The translations under genes were made by a program, and so were the position numbers. The notes below the pieces were generated by a model. That model made no database searches. It was not told where the DNA came from and worked only from the letters and a program-made list of their open reading frames with translations. Below, piece by piece: positions 37,777 to 45,887 of a stretch of DNA of 64,000 nucleotides. Source of the DNA: Propionivibrio sp. (GTDB lineage Bacteria > Pseudomonadota > Gammaproteobacteria > Burkholderiales > Rhodocyclaceae); assembly GCF_047602565.1 (NCBI RefSeq), contig NZ_JASGGX010000001.1, forward strand, positions 4,667,257 to 4,731,256, in the 5' to 3' direction. Position 1 is the first letter of the stretch. Every line of letters starts with the position of its first letter.

Positions 37777-38183
37777 TGGTCGCCTCCCTGGTTTTTGGTC
37801 TCAACCCGCACGTAACGTACGCCGGACGGATGCGATAGGCGCTCGATCGTTTTCCGCTGCCCCTGGCTGTTGCCGAGGCCGATGAAGTCGAGGGACCAGT
37901 CGCGGGGGAACAGCGCAGCGAGCTGGGGCCAGCGGGCATGCAGGCCTTCCTCGAGGATTTCGCGCGCGTCCTCGACCGGCGTGTCGAGCACCGCCCATAT
38001 CTCGTCCCAGGGCAGCGGGCAGCGGTCGATTACCTCGTTGAGGTTGCACAACACCTGCGCGACGGGGATAAACAGCAGGCCGCCGGCGAAGGGCGCGATC
38101 AGATGGTCGAAGGCGCGGTAGACGATTCTTCCGCGGGACAGAGGGGCGACGATTTCGAGGGGAATCAGCGGGTAGTTGATCAT
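37773..38183 (-). CDS. Phage hypothetical protein
   Basis: Coupled ATGA overlaps on both sides. Confidence 0.6.
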   Translation of the reverse strand: MINYPLIPLEIVAPLSRGRIVYRAFDHLIAPFAGGLLFIPVAQVLCNLNEVIDRCPLPWDEIWAVLDTPVEDAREILEEGLHARWPQLAALFPRDWSLDFIGLGNSQGQRKTIERLSHPSGVRYVRVETKNQGGDQ

Positions 38184-39067
38184 CGCTGGACCTCTGGATA
38201 TCCGTCATGCAGCACGCCGTCAAGCAAGCGGCCGGCGGCTTTCTTACCGACGCGGGCGACGTGGGTGATTGGTCCCATGTTTTCCGTGCTGCCAGCTTCC
38301 GTCAGGGTTCGCCCGGAGCGGTCGATCATTTCCCATTTGTGAAACGGCGCGCGGAAGTCAAGATCGCCGCAAAACTCGCCCCACTGTTTGAAGAGAAATG
38401 GGATTTCGGAATCAGCGCACTGGTCGCGCAGGCTGCGTACCCAATCCGGATGCATCGGCCGCGCCGAAGGGCCGGACTCGCCGCCGACGACAACCCAGTC
38501 CAGACCGAACGCGTCATGCAGACTGCCGCCGATGTAGAACTCCAGGTATCGCTCTACATCGATCGCGCCGAGCAAAGGTTCGGCGCTGATCCAGCGTACG
38601 GCGGCCGGGGTCTCCAGCAGCAGCGGAATACGCGCGTCGGCGATTTCCTGATTCTCGACGCTGACGCCGAGCCAGACGTTCGGCAGCGGTATCCAATCGA
38701 ACTCGGACCACAACAGGAACTGCATGCGTTCCGCCCGCTTGGTCAGAATCTGGAAGGTGTGCTGCGGGCAACGCGCCATGACCTCGAATACTGCGCGGAT
38801 AAAGTCGACGGGGACATCCTCGTGGAACAGGTCCGACATGCTGTTGACGAAGATCCGCCGCGGCCTCTTCCAGAGCAGCGGCTGCTCAAGCCGTTCCGGA
38901 TGGCAGCGCATGTCGGTGAAGGCCCGCCCGGCGTAGGACGGCACCAACTTGGTCATGCGCGGCCATTCGCGCTCGGCGTAGCAGTGCTTGCAGCCGGCGC
39001 TGATCTTCGTGCAGCCCGTTACTGGATTCCAGGTCTCGTCGGTCCATTCGATTTTCGATTTGCTCAT
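38180..39067 (-). CDS. Phage Gp37/Gp68 (DUF5131) radical-SAM-like protein
   Basis: IEWTDETWNPVTGC...GCKHCYA, FVNSMSDLFH, LTKR, SAEPLL, GGESG, FKQWG. Confidence 0.88.
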   Translation of the reverse strand: MSKSKIEWTDETWNPVTGCTKISAGCKHCYAEREWPRMTKLVPSYAGRAFTDMRCHPERLEQPLLWKRPRRIFVNSMSDLFHEDVPVDFIRAVFEVMARCPQHTFQILTKRAERMQFLLWSEFDWIPLPNVWLGVSVENQEIADARIPLLLETPAAVRWISAEPLLGAIDVERYLEFYIGGSLHDAFGLDWVVVGGESGPSARPMHPDWVRSLRDQCADSEIPFLFKQWGEFCGDLDFRAPFHKWEMIDRSGRTLTEAGSTENMGPITHVARVGKKAAGRLLDGVLHDGYPEVQR

Positions 39068-40293
39068 ACAAATTCCTCCAGTCCGAAAAGGTCGTGCTGC
39101 TCGGCACCGTTGGCGTAGATGGTCACCGGCAGGAAGGTATCGGCGGTCGGTTCGTCGCCGTCCCAGCCTTCCGGCCACGTCTCGGCGGCGATCAGCTCGC
39201 GGATGCGGGATTCTTCGATGTCGTCGATGAGCAGGAAGGGTGCGTGCCGACCGGCGGCGCCGGCGTTGATCCGGCGCTGGATGTCCAGCACGCGCTCCAA
39301 GGCTTCCGACCGAGCTTCGAGGGTGAGCGGCCCCATGCGCTGCGGGTTCTTACCGATCGACCCGTCTTTCAGGCGCTCGATGCCGGATTTCCTGAGGCGC
39401 TGCGCCGGCTCGCGCAGCCAACGGTAGAGCGGCTTGAGTTCGCGCAGCGGCGCAAGGTGCGACCAGCGCGGCATGGCCAGGATCGACTCCAGGGCTTTTT
39501 CCTCCTGAGCCAGTGGGCAACCGACACAGCCGGTGCGGGCGTTGACCTCCTCGGCCTCGTCGCCGCCGTAGGCGTCGGCGATGATCTCGGTCGGCCAATC
39601 GCCGTATTCGGCGCGGGGCGCCCAATGGCGCAGCCACTCCCATACGTGGCAGACGCGCCAGTGCAGGAGCGGTGCCAGCGTGGCGATGCGGCCGCGCACG
39701 CCCTTGCTCTCGGGCAGCACCTGCTGATACCAGCCCTGGCCGCATTCGGCACCGTCCTTGCTGCAGCTCATCTCGATGCGGCGGTCGCGGATCGCGCTCT
39801 CGCCCTGGCGCACGCCGGTAAGCACCAGCGCCGTACCGTCGCCGAGCGATTCGGCGATGGCGGCGGTCATCGGATCGACTTTAATCTGGCGCGTGCACCA
39901 TCGCAGCGTGTTGTTGTTCGGCGGCGGCACGCCGCGGCCGAGCATGTAGGGCATGAAGCGCTTGTCGAGCGGGGCGCGGACGATGCGGAACTCGATGCCT
40001 CGCTCGGCCAGGCAGTCCATAATTTCCATGGCGGCGATGGCCAGCGGCGGCAGTTCCTGGCGGGTGTCGGCGTAGAGGACGGTGATGCGCCGGGGCGCTT
40101 TGACGAGCCCGGCCGCGATCAGGTAGAGGATGATGGTCAGCGTGGCCGTGCTGTCCTTACCACCGGACCAGGCGATGACCCAGTGATCGTGCGCCGGGCC
40201 GTAGGCCTGCAGGCTCTGGATGGTGAGCTCGATGGACTCGGTCATCTGCAGGCGGGCGCCACCTACGAAGAGGGAGAGGTCGCGGACGGTCAT
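39064..40293 (-). CDS. PAPS-reductase-family (DndC-like) protein
   Basis: PP-loop SGGKDS, RWCTRQIK, GVRQGES, RTGCVGC. Confidence 0.85.
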   Translation of the reverse strand: MTVRDLSLFVGGARLQMTESIELTIQSLQAYGPAHDHWVIAWSGGKDSTATLTIILYLIAAGLVKAPRRITVLYADTRQELPPLAIAAMEIMDCLAERGIEFRIVRAPLDKRFMPYMLGRGVPPPNNNTLRWCTRQIKVDPMTAAIAESLGDGTALVLTGVRQGESAIRDRRIEMSCSKDGAECGQGWYQQVLPESKGVRGRIATLAPLLHWRVCHVWEWLRHWAPRAEYGDWPTEIIADAYGGDEAEEVNARTGCVGCPLAQEEKALESILAMPRWSHLAPLRELKPLYRWLREPAQRLRKSGIERLKDGSIGKNPQRMGPLTLEARSEALERVLDIQRRINAGAAGRHAPFLLIDDIEESRIRELIAAETWPEGWDGDEPTADTFLPVTIYANGAEQHDLFGLEEFV

Positions 40294-40670
40294 GAGACGA
40301 TCTCCGGCACGTCGAAGAAGCGTCGGCGGCCTTTATATAGGACGAATGGCATTGGCCTCGGATCGCGAAGCACGAAGCCGAAGCGGCCGAAGAACCAGGG
40401 CGAGTCCGAGGCCGTCACGCAATCAACGATCTCGACCGAGCCGACGATGCCGCCGCGCTCCAGTTGCTCGATTGGAGGCAGTTCTATCGTTGGGCCGCCG
40501 CTGGCCCACAGCGGGTCTTCTCCGTCCTCGTATTCATCCCGCGTCATGCCCTTGCTGGCATGGATCAGCACGCGTCCGCGAATGCGCGTCGGCCAGCCGC
40601 GGTTCTCGATGTCCTTCCCGCTGTTCAGGATGTGCCAGGCCCAGGGCTGGCGGATGGATAGGGCGATCAT
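40290..40670 (-). CDS. ASCH domain protein
   Basis: ALSIRQPWA, GKDIENR, RGRVLIHA, GGIVG motifs. Confidence 0.88.
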   Translation of the reverse strand: MIALSIRQPWAWHILNSGKDIENRGWPTRIRGRVLIHASKGMTRDEYEDGEDPLWASGGPTIELPPIEQLERGGIVGSVEIVDCVTASDSPWFFGRFGFVLRDPRPMPFVLYKGRRRFFDVPEIVS

Positions 40671-42478
40671 GCCGCACCTCCCTGCGCCACGGAGAGCGCC
40701 ACCGCAACCGGCCGCACCCAGATCGGCGTGGCCGAGAGCATGAAGGTCTCGCCCGACCAGGCCAGCAGCAGGGTGTGGAACATCGTGCTGGCGATCGCCT
40801 CGGCGGCGGCCGGCGGTACGGCGTTGCCGATACGCTCGCGCCAAGCGCTGTCGGAGAGGCCGTCCAGTTCAAGAACCTCCTCGGGATCGACCAGCGACTG
40901 GATCGCGGCGAGCTCGAGCGTGGTGAATGGCCGGTGCCAGGTGCCATCGAGGGCGCGGATGACCGCGACCAGCTTGTCGCTGGCCTCCGGCAAGCGCGGG
41001 TCGGCCACGGACCAGCGGCCGTTGTCGTGGCAGGCGGCCGACGATACGGCGCCGCTCGATTGCTCCCACTTGCAGACGCCGTAGTGGCCGCCGGTCAGGT
41101 AGTGGTCGCCGGGCTGCGGGATGCCGTTCGGGCGGGGGTCTGCAACGGCGTAAGCGCCGGAGTCATCGCTGCTGATCACCGTCCCGGTGCTGCCGCTGAA
41201 TTTCGCCACGGCGTATTTGCCGAACGGTTTGCGGTCTTGTGGCGGCCGTGGATCGGCCACGCATTGCCCGGAGCCATGCGCGCTGGTGACGGCGACCGCC
41301 GAACGCTGCCACGGGACGATACGAAACTCGTTCGAATGCTTGGCCGGGCCGGCGTGCCGCGGATCGGCGACGCAGAACGTGCCCTGCCCGGGCGACTTGA
41401 TGTTGATGATCGCGCCGGACGTATCTTCCATGCGCATCACGCCGTACTGCGAGTATTCCAGCATGCCTGCCGGCGGACGCGGATCAGCGATCGAGAAGGC
41501 GCCGTTGCTCGGGCTCGATCGGCCCTGGATCGTGCCGCTGGTATCCTCCCAGCGCTGCACGCCGAGATAGCCGTGATGATAGCCGGGAACGATCAGGTAG
41601 TCGCGCAGATAGCCGTCCTCGACCGCCAGCCGGTTCAGGCTGCGCCAGTCGCTGCCGGCTTCGACGAAGGCCAGCCGGACCCACGTTTTCCACTGTAGCG
41701 AAGGAATCCGGTGCATCGGACCGCCGGCGGGATCGCCCGGCAGCGGCATGCGGCCGAGGACGGTGCCGACGGCCTGCAGGCGCTTCTTCGGCGGCTCGTA
41801 CAGGAACGGCGGCACCTTGGCGGTGTTGCGCGCGACCAGCAGGAAGCGCTTACGGCTCTCGGCCAGCCCGCCGAGCTCGCCGCAGTCGTGCGTCGTCTCG
41901 GCCACGGCGTAGCCGTAGGCGCGCAGCAGGTCGCCGATCTGGTCGAGCAGGTGCCGGCCGCGCGTCGCGATCCTGGGCACGTTCTCGAAAACGATCAGCT
42001 CGGGCAGATTGTCCTTGAACGCCACGAGCATCAGCCAGACGCCACGCAGCGTCAGGCGGTTGAGCGCCTGGTATTTGTCCGTCTTGCTCCGGGTCTCGTT
42101 GAGCAGCCCGGAGAAGCCCTTGCACGGTGCAGAGAGGAAGACGATGTGCGGGAATTCGTGGCCGGCGGCCTTGCGGATGTCCTCGGGCGTGGCCTCGCAC
42201 CAGCCGGCCGGCGGCTCGCGGCCGTGGAAGGCGATGTACTGCGCGCGGTCGAAGAGGTCCAGCGTCGTGGCCTCGACGCCGACCAGGCGCTTGAAGTCGC
42301 GGTTGGCCGCGGCGTCGACGTCGACCGAACCGATGCAGCGCGAGCGCGCGATCATGTTGCCGACGCGCGCCTTGCCACGCATGAAGCCCTTGGCGCCGCC
42401 GCCGATAGCGCCGAAGAGGTGAAAATGGCGGATCTCGCGGACGTCCGGCGCAGCGAAGGTAAAGGCGTCGCGTTTCAT
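40667..42478 (-). CDS. Phage DNA cytosine-5 methyltransferase
   Basis: HLFGAIGGG (motif I variant), PCKGFS (IV), ENV (VI), RKRF (VIII), IGNAVPP (X). Confidence 0.88.
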   Translation of the reverse strand: MKRDAFTFAAPDVREIRHFHLFGAIGGGAKGFMRGKARVGNMIARSRCIGSVDVDAAANRDFKRLVGVEATTLDLFDRAQYIAFHGREPPAGWCEATPEDIRKAAGHEFPHIVFLSAPCKGFSGLLNETRSKTDKYQALNRLTLRGVWLMLVAFKDNLPELIVFENVPRIATRGRHLLDQIGDLLRAYGYAVAETTHDCGELGGLAESRKRFLLVARNTAKVPPFLYEPPKKRLQAVGTVLGRMPLPGDPAGGPMHRIPSLQWKTWVRLAFVEAGSDWRSLNRLAVEDGYLRDYLIVPGYHHGYLGVQRWEDTSGTIQGRSSPSNGAFSIADPRPPAGMLEYSQYGVMRMEDTSGAIINIKSPGQGTFCVADPRHAGPAKHSNEFRIVPWQRSAVAVTSAHGSGQCVADPRPPQDRKPFGKYAVAKFSGSTGTVISSDDSGAYAVADPRPNGIPQPGDHYLTGGHYGVCKWEQSSGAVSSAACHDNGRWSVADPRLPEASDKLVAVIRALDGTWHRPFTTLELAAIQSLVDPEEVLELDGLSDSAWRERIGNAVPPAAAEAIASTMFHTLLLAWSGETFMLSATPIWVRPVAVALSVAQGGAA

Positions 42479-43290
42479 GCGGCACCGTCCTGATCCTTCG
42501 TTTCGAGGGCCGCCGCCGCTTTGCCGGACTGCCGGATCTCGCCGCGCAGGCCATGCAGCACTTCGGTCAACCGTCCGAGCTTAGTGCCATAACCCCAGTC
42601 ACCGGGAGAGCCGAGGTAGCGCAGCAGCGGCATCAGCTCGGCTTCCATCCGCACGGCCTCGTCGTAGCTCAGCGGCGACGAGCACAGCGCCATGTCGGCG
42701 TATTTCGTTGATGCGGGTTTAGTCTGTCGATCGAGAGGGATGCGTGCCGGGCCGTCCGGATCGGTCAACTCCCAATACCGGTCGAGGAAGTACTCTTCCG
42801 CCTCGTCGGGTGACCACGCCACGATGCTGTCCGGCAGCGGGTCGACGTGCGCGATGAGGGACCATTCGTCGTCGTGCTCGGGCATCAGGTCGCGCTGCTC
42901 AGTGGCCAGCAGGATCAGGTCCGCATGCTTGACCTCCGCGGGGATCTGCGCGGGCAGGCCGAGCTTGCGGAAGATGTCGGCCTGCAGGCGCGCTTCGATG
43001 ACGCGGTATTCGGGCAGCAGGTTCTTCAGCGGCCGGGTGACGTCGCCGATGTAGGCCTCGACCGCGTCGTGGAAGAGCGCGATCAGGGCGTTCTCGGGGG
43101 AGACGACGTCGCTGACCAGAACGCTGTGCTGCGCGACCGAGTAGAACTCGCGGGTGTGTCCGGCGAAGCGGCAGACCTGCGACAGCGCGTGCGCGATGTC
43201 GGCGACCTGGACGACGTTGTGCGTCGGGTCGAGGAAGTCGAAATAATGGCCCGAGGCGGTGAGGATGTCGGGGCGGATGGAGATGGTCAT
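42475..43290 (-). CDS. HD-domain phosphohydrolase (YfbR/5'-deoxynucleotidase-like)
   Basis: DIAHALS..CRFAGH, YSVAQHS, LFHDAVEAYIGD. Confidence 0.85.
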   Translation of the reverse strand: MTISIRPDILTASGHYFDFLDPTHNVVQVADIAHALSQVCRFAGHTREFYSVAQHSVLVSDVVSPENALIALFHDAVEAYIGDVTRPLKNLLPEYRVIEARLQADIFRKLGLPAQIPAEVKHADLILLATEQRDLMPEHDDEWSLIAHVDPLPDSIVAWSPDEAEEYFLDRYWELTDPDGPARIPLDRQTKPASTKYADMALCSSPLSYDEAVRMEAELMPLLRYLGSPGDWGYGTKLGRLTEVLHGLRGEIRQSGKAAAALETKDQDGAA

Positions 43291-43622
43291 CAGAAAACCC
43301 CTCCTTCGTCGTCCGAGTCCGGCAGGAAGGACAACTCCTTTTGGCCGAGTAATTCACGCAGCTCGGGCAACTCGTAGAGCGACACCGGACGGGCATTGAA
43401 CTGCGCGGCGGCGGCCCGGGCGATCGGCTCGGCGACCGGGTTGATGGCGTAGATCGCGCCGTTGCCGAAGAAGCGTGTGTATTCGGGCACGTCGCCGCAG
43501 GATGGCACGTTGACGCGCACGAAGCTGCTGCTGCCGATGGTCTGCTCGGTGACGAGCCCGGCGATGCGCTGGTGGCCGAACAGTTCGACGATGCACCAGG
43601 ATTCGAATTTCGAGTTTTCCAT
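43290..43622 (-). CDS. Conserved phage hypothetical protein
   Basis: WCIVELFGHQRIAG...GAIYAINP; coupled to neighbours. Confidence 0.75.
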   Translation of the reverse strand: MENSKFESWCIVELFGHQRIAGLVTEQTIGSSSFVRVNVPSCGDVPEYTRFFGNGAIYAINPVAEPIARAAAAQFNARPVSLYELPELRELLGQKELSFLPDSDDEGGVF

Positions 43623-44953
43623 TACGCGGATCTCCTGTAGGTTTTGGTGAGGTTGGTTTTGACGCAGTGCCCGCGCCGGCGCAGCAGGTTGGTCAGCTCG
43701 GCGCGGTCGTGGTGGCTGTGGGAGGCCTGCCGGAACAGGCCGAAGTAGCTGTTGGCCGTGGCGAACAGGTCGTCGTCATCGACCTCGTAAACCCGGCAGA
43801 TGGCTTCGTGGAAGGTGCGCCGGCGCAGGGTGCGGTGCCATGGCTTGACGACCTGGCCGACGAAATCGATGCCGCGGGCGATCGGCTGCAGGACGGTCTT
43901 CTTCGGGTTCAGCCGGGCGTGCAGCCTGTCCTGCAGCACGGCCTCCATCTTTTCCTTCGCCGCGTTGAGCCAGTCGGGCGATTCATGGAGCAGAACGAAG
44001 TCGTCCACGTAGCGGATGAAGTGGCGGCAGTGCAGGACGTGCTTGGCGAACTGGTCGAGCACGTCGAGGTAGACGTTCGCCCCGAACTGGCTCGGCAGGT
44101 TGCCGATCGCCATGCCGATGTGCCCCGGCTGGCTGGCCAGGCGCTTGTGCGGCGGCACGCGCTCGATCAGGCGGGCGTTCCCGCGCAGCTCATAGTTCTG
44201 GCGCGGGTCGTGGAACATGATCACCTCGGCGAGCCACAACCACCACGGATCGTCGATGTGCGGGGCCAGCAGGCCCATCAGGATGCGCTTGTCGATCCGG
44301 ACGAAGAAGTTCTCCAGGTCGCATTTCAGGTAATACGCGGGACGGCTCCAGTTCTGGGTGATGCTGCGCACCTTGGCCTCCAGGCGCTCGGCGGCGTACA
44401 GCGTGCCGCGGCCCGGGATGCAGGCGCAGGAATCGGCGATGAAGCGGGCGTGAAAATAGGGCGCGAGGCGGTTGTGCAGAAGGTGATGAACGATGCGATC
44501 ACGGAAATCTGCTGCCCACACCTCGCGCGGCTTCGGCCGGGTGATGACGAAACAGATGGATTTGCCGGGAGCGTAGCTGCCCTCGGTCAGTTCCTCATGG
44601 AGTTGCCACAAGTTGCGTTCCAGATCCTGCTCGAACGCCAGCGCGCTTGCCGTGTTCCGCTTGTTCTTGCGGCAATCGATATAGGCGCGGAGCAGGAGCT
44701 CGAAGGAGTAGTTGGATGAATCTGCTGACGGCACGGACGCGGACCTCCGACGAGAGGTTGTTGTTGTTCTGATTGCCGTTGTCGAAGTTCTGGACGAACG
44801 CCGTGTGTTCGCACTTTCCACGTCGCCCCGCCGACTGTTCGGCAGGGAAACTGCACCGGACCGGCGGGAGCCGGGCTCCCCGGTATCCGCGGTGTGCATA
44901 GCCGTGCCCTCGTGAGGCAGGGGTGCGACCAGATTCATAATGCGCACGGTCAT
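43622..44953 (-). CDS. DGR reverse transcriptase (start codon uncertain; TR lies within the 5' part of the ORF)
   Basis: FRDRIVHH, KCDLENFF, IGNLPSQ (DGR-type GxxxSQ), RYVDD, LNPKKT, GIDFVG; adjacent to avd and TR. Confidence 0.95.
   Translation of the reverse strand: MTVRIMNLVAPLPHEGTAMHTADTGEPGSRRSGAVSLPNSRRGDVESANTRRSSRTSTTAIRTTTTSRRRSASVPSADSSNYSFELLLRAYIDCRKNKRNTASALAFEQDLERNLWQLHEELTEGSYAPGKSICFVITRPKPREVWAADFRDRIVHHLLHNRLAPYFHARFIADSCACIPGRGTLYAAERLEAKVRSITQNWSRPAYYLKCDLENFFVRIDKRILMGLLAPHIDDPWWLWLAEVIMFHDPRQNYELRGNARLIERVPPHKRLASQPGHIGMAIGNLPSQFGANVYLDVLDQFAKHVLHCRHFIRYVDDFVLLHESPDWLNAAKEKMEAVLQDRLHARLNPKKTVLQPIARGIDFVGQVVKPWHRTLRRRTFHEAICRVYEVDDDDLFATANSYFGLFRQASHSHHDRAELTNLLRRRGHCVKTNLTKTYRRSA
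44724..44804 (-). repeat. DGR template repeat (TR)
   Basis: 81 nt with 20 adenines, rich in AAC codons; differs from both VRs only at A positions. Confidence 0.95.
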
Positions 44954-45327
44954 GGGAGCCTTGGCCCCGATGAATCAGACGCGGTTGCTGACTTCTTCAA
45001 CCAGCCGCCGGCCTGTCTGTTGAGGATGTTCGTCATTTCGATGGCCCTGGCCCACAGCTTCCAGGACACAAAACCTTTGTCGGCACTGACGCGCATCATC
45101 AGCGACACCACCTCCAGCCCGCGGAGGACGTTGCGGATGTGCTCGCAACGTTTTTCCCCGCGGCTGGCATTGGCGTAGCCGATCTCCAGGAGCAGGTCGA
45201 CACACTCGTCATGGACCCGCCGCCCCAGGCTTTGCTTGAACGTGCGCGGCATGTTCAGGTGCACGTCGGCGGCCAGGGTGAGCAGGTCGTACCCTTTCTT
45301 GTAGATCGGCAGGTCGGTATGCAGCAT
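44950..45327 (-). CDS. avd: DGR accessory variability determinant (four-helix bundle)
   Basis: LPIYKKGYDL...PRTFKQSLG...LEVV....RV...QAGGW; position between targets and RT. Confidence 0.9.
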   Translation of the reverse strand: MLHTDLPIYKKGYDLLTLAADVHLNMPRTFKQSLGRRVHDECVDLLLEIGYANASRGEKRCEHIRNVLRGLEVVSLMMRVSADKGFVSWKLWARAIEMTNILNRQAGGWLKKSATASDSSGPRLP

Positions 45328-45329
45328 GG

Positions 45330-45361
45330 CTGAAGGACTAAAGGATCAAAGGGTCAAAGAG
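45330..45361 (-). repeat. 8-bp tandem repeat downstream of VR1
   Basis: CTCTTTGA CCCTTTGA TCCTTTAG TCCTTCAG on the minus strand. Confidence 0.7.
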
Positions 45362-45848
45362 GAATCTCGCTGACGGCACGGACGCGGACCTCCGACGAGA
45401 GGTGGCTGTAGTCCTGACTGCCGCTGACGAAGCTCTGGACGAACGCCGCCTTGCCGCTGAGCGTCTTAGTGAGCAGCCAGTACCAGGGAGACGTCTCGAA
45501 GCGATCGCGCAGGTTGTCGAACAGCGTGAGGCCCTGGTGGCGGGTCGGCAGGTGGCTGTCCATATCCGGCTTGACGTTCTCGGCGTGCTTGACGGCGTCC
45601 TCGTAATTCATTGCCACCTGCGGATCGTCGTCCCACAGGATCAGGTGCACCAGGCGGTCGCCGGTCTTCGAGAGCGAGACGCCGGCGTAGGTGGCGGCGA
45701 GGCCGGGCCACTTGTCGCCGACGGCCGGGACGGCCCGGGGGGCGGACGAGGCCTTGGCGGCGGAGGCAATGGCCAGCGCGGCGAACAGGCCGACCGGCGG
45801 TTGCGCGTGGGCCAGGGTGATGTTGACGTTTTCGATGTGAAGTTTCAT
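45354..45848 (-). CDS. DGR target protein 1 (DUF1566/C-type lectin-like fold, C-terminal VR)
   Basis: LPTR, WYWL, AFVQSF..G.Q......VRVRAV C-terminus; contains VR1. Confidence 0.9.
   Translation of the reverse strand: MKLHIENVNITLAHAQPPVGLFAALAIASAAKASSAPRAVPAVGDKWPGLAATYAGVSLSKTGDRLVHLILWDDDPQVAMNYEDAVKHAENVKPDMDSHLPTRHQGLTLFDNLRDRFETSPWYWLLTKTLSGKAAFVQSFVSGSQDYSHLSSEVRVRAVSEIPL
45369..45449 (-). repeat. DGR variable repeat VR1
   Basis: 72/81 identical to TR; all 9 mismatches at TR adenines. Confidence 0.95.
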
Positions 45849-45863
45849 GTTGGGGGATTCCTG

Positions 45864-45887
45864 ATGAAGGATTAAAGGACTGAAGAA
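45864..45887 (-). repeat. 8-bp tandem repeat downstream of VR2
   Basis: TTCTTCAG TCCTTTAA TCCTTCAT on the minus strand. Confidence 0.7.

Noticed and set aside
39064-40293. Complete Dnd phosphorothioation system
   Set aside because: Only a DndC-like gene is present; no dndA/B/D/E or ssp genes are visible in the window.
44757-44785. (GTT)n run that looks like a microsatellite or CRISPR-like repeat
   Set aside because: It is the AAC-codon core of the DGR template repeat; there is no repeat-spacer periodicity and no cas genes.
43622-44953. RT as group II intron, retron or Abi-type enzyme
   Set aside because: No maturase/endonuclease domain or msr-msd seen; Avd plus adenine-specific TR/VR pairs identify it as a DGR.
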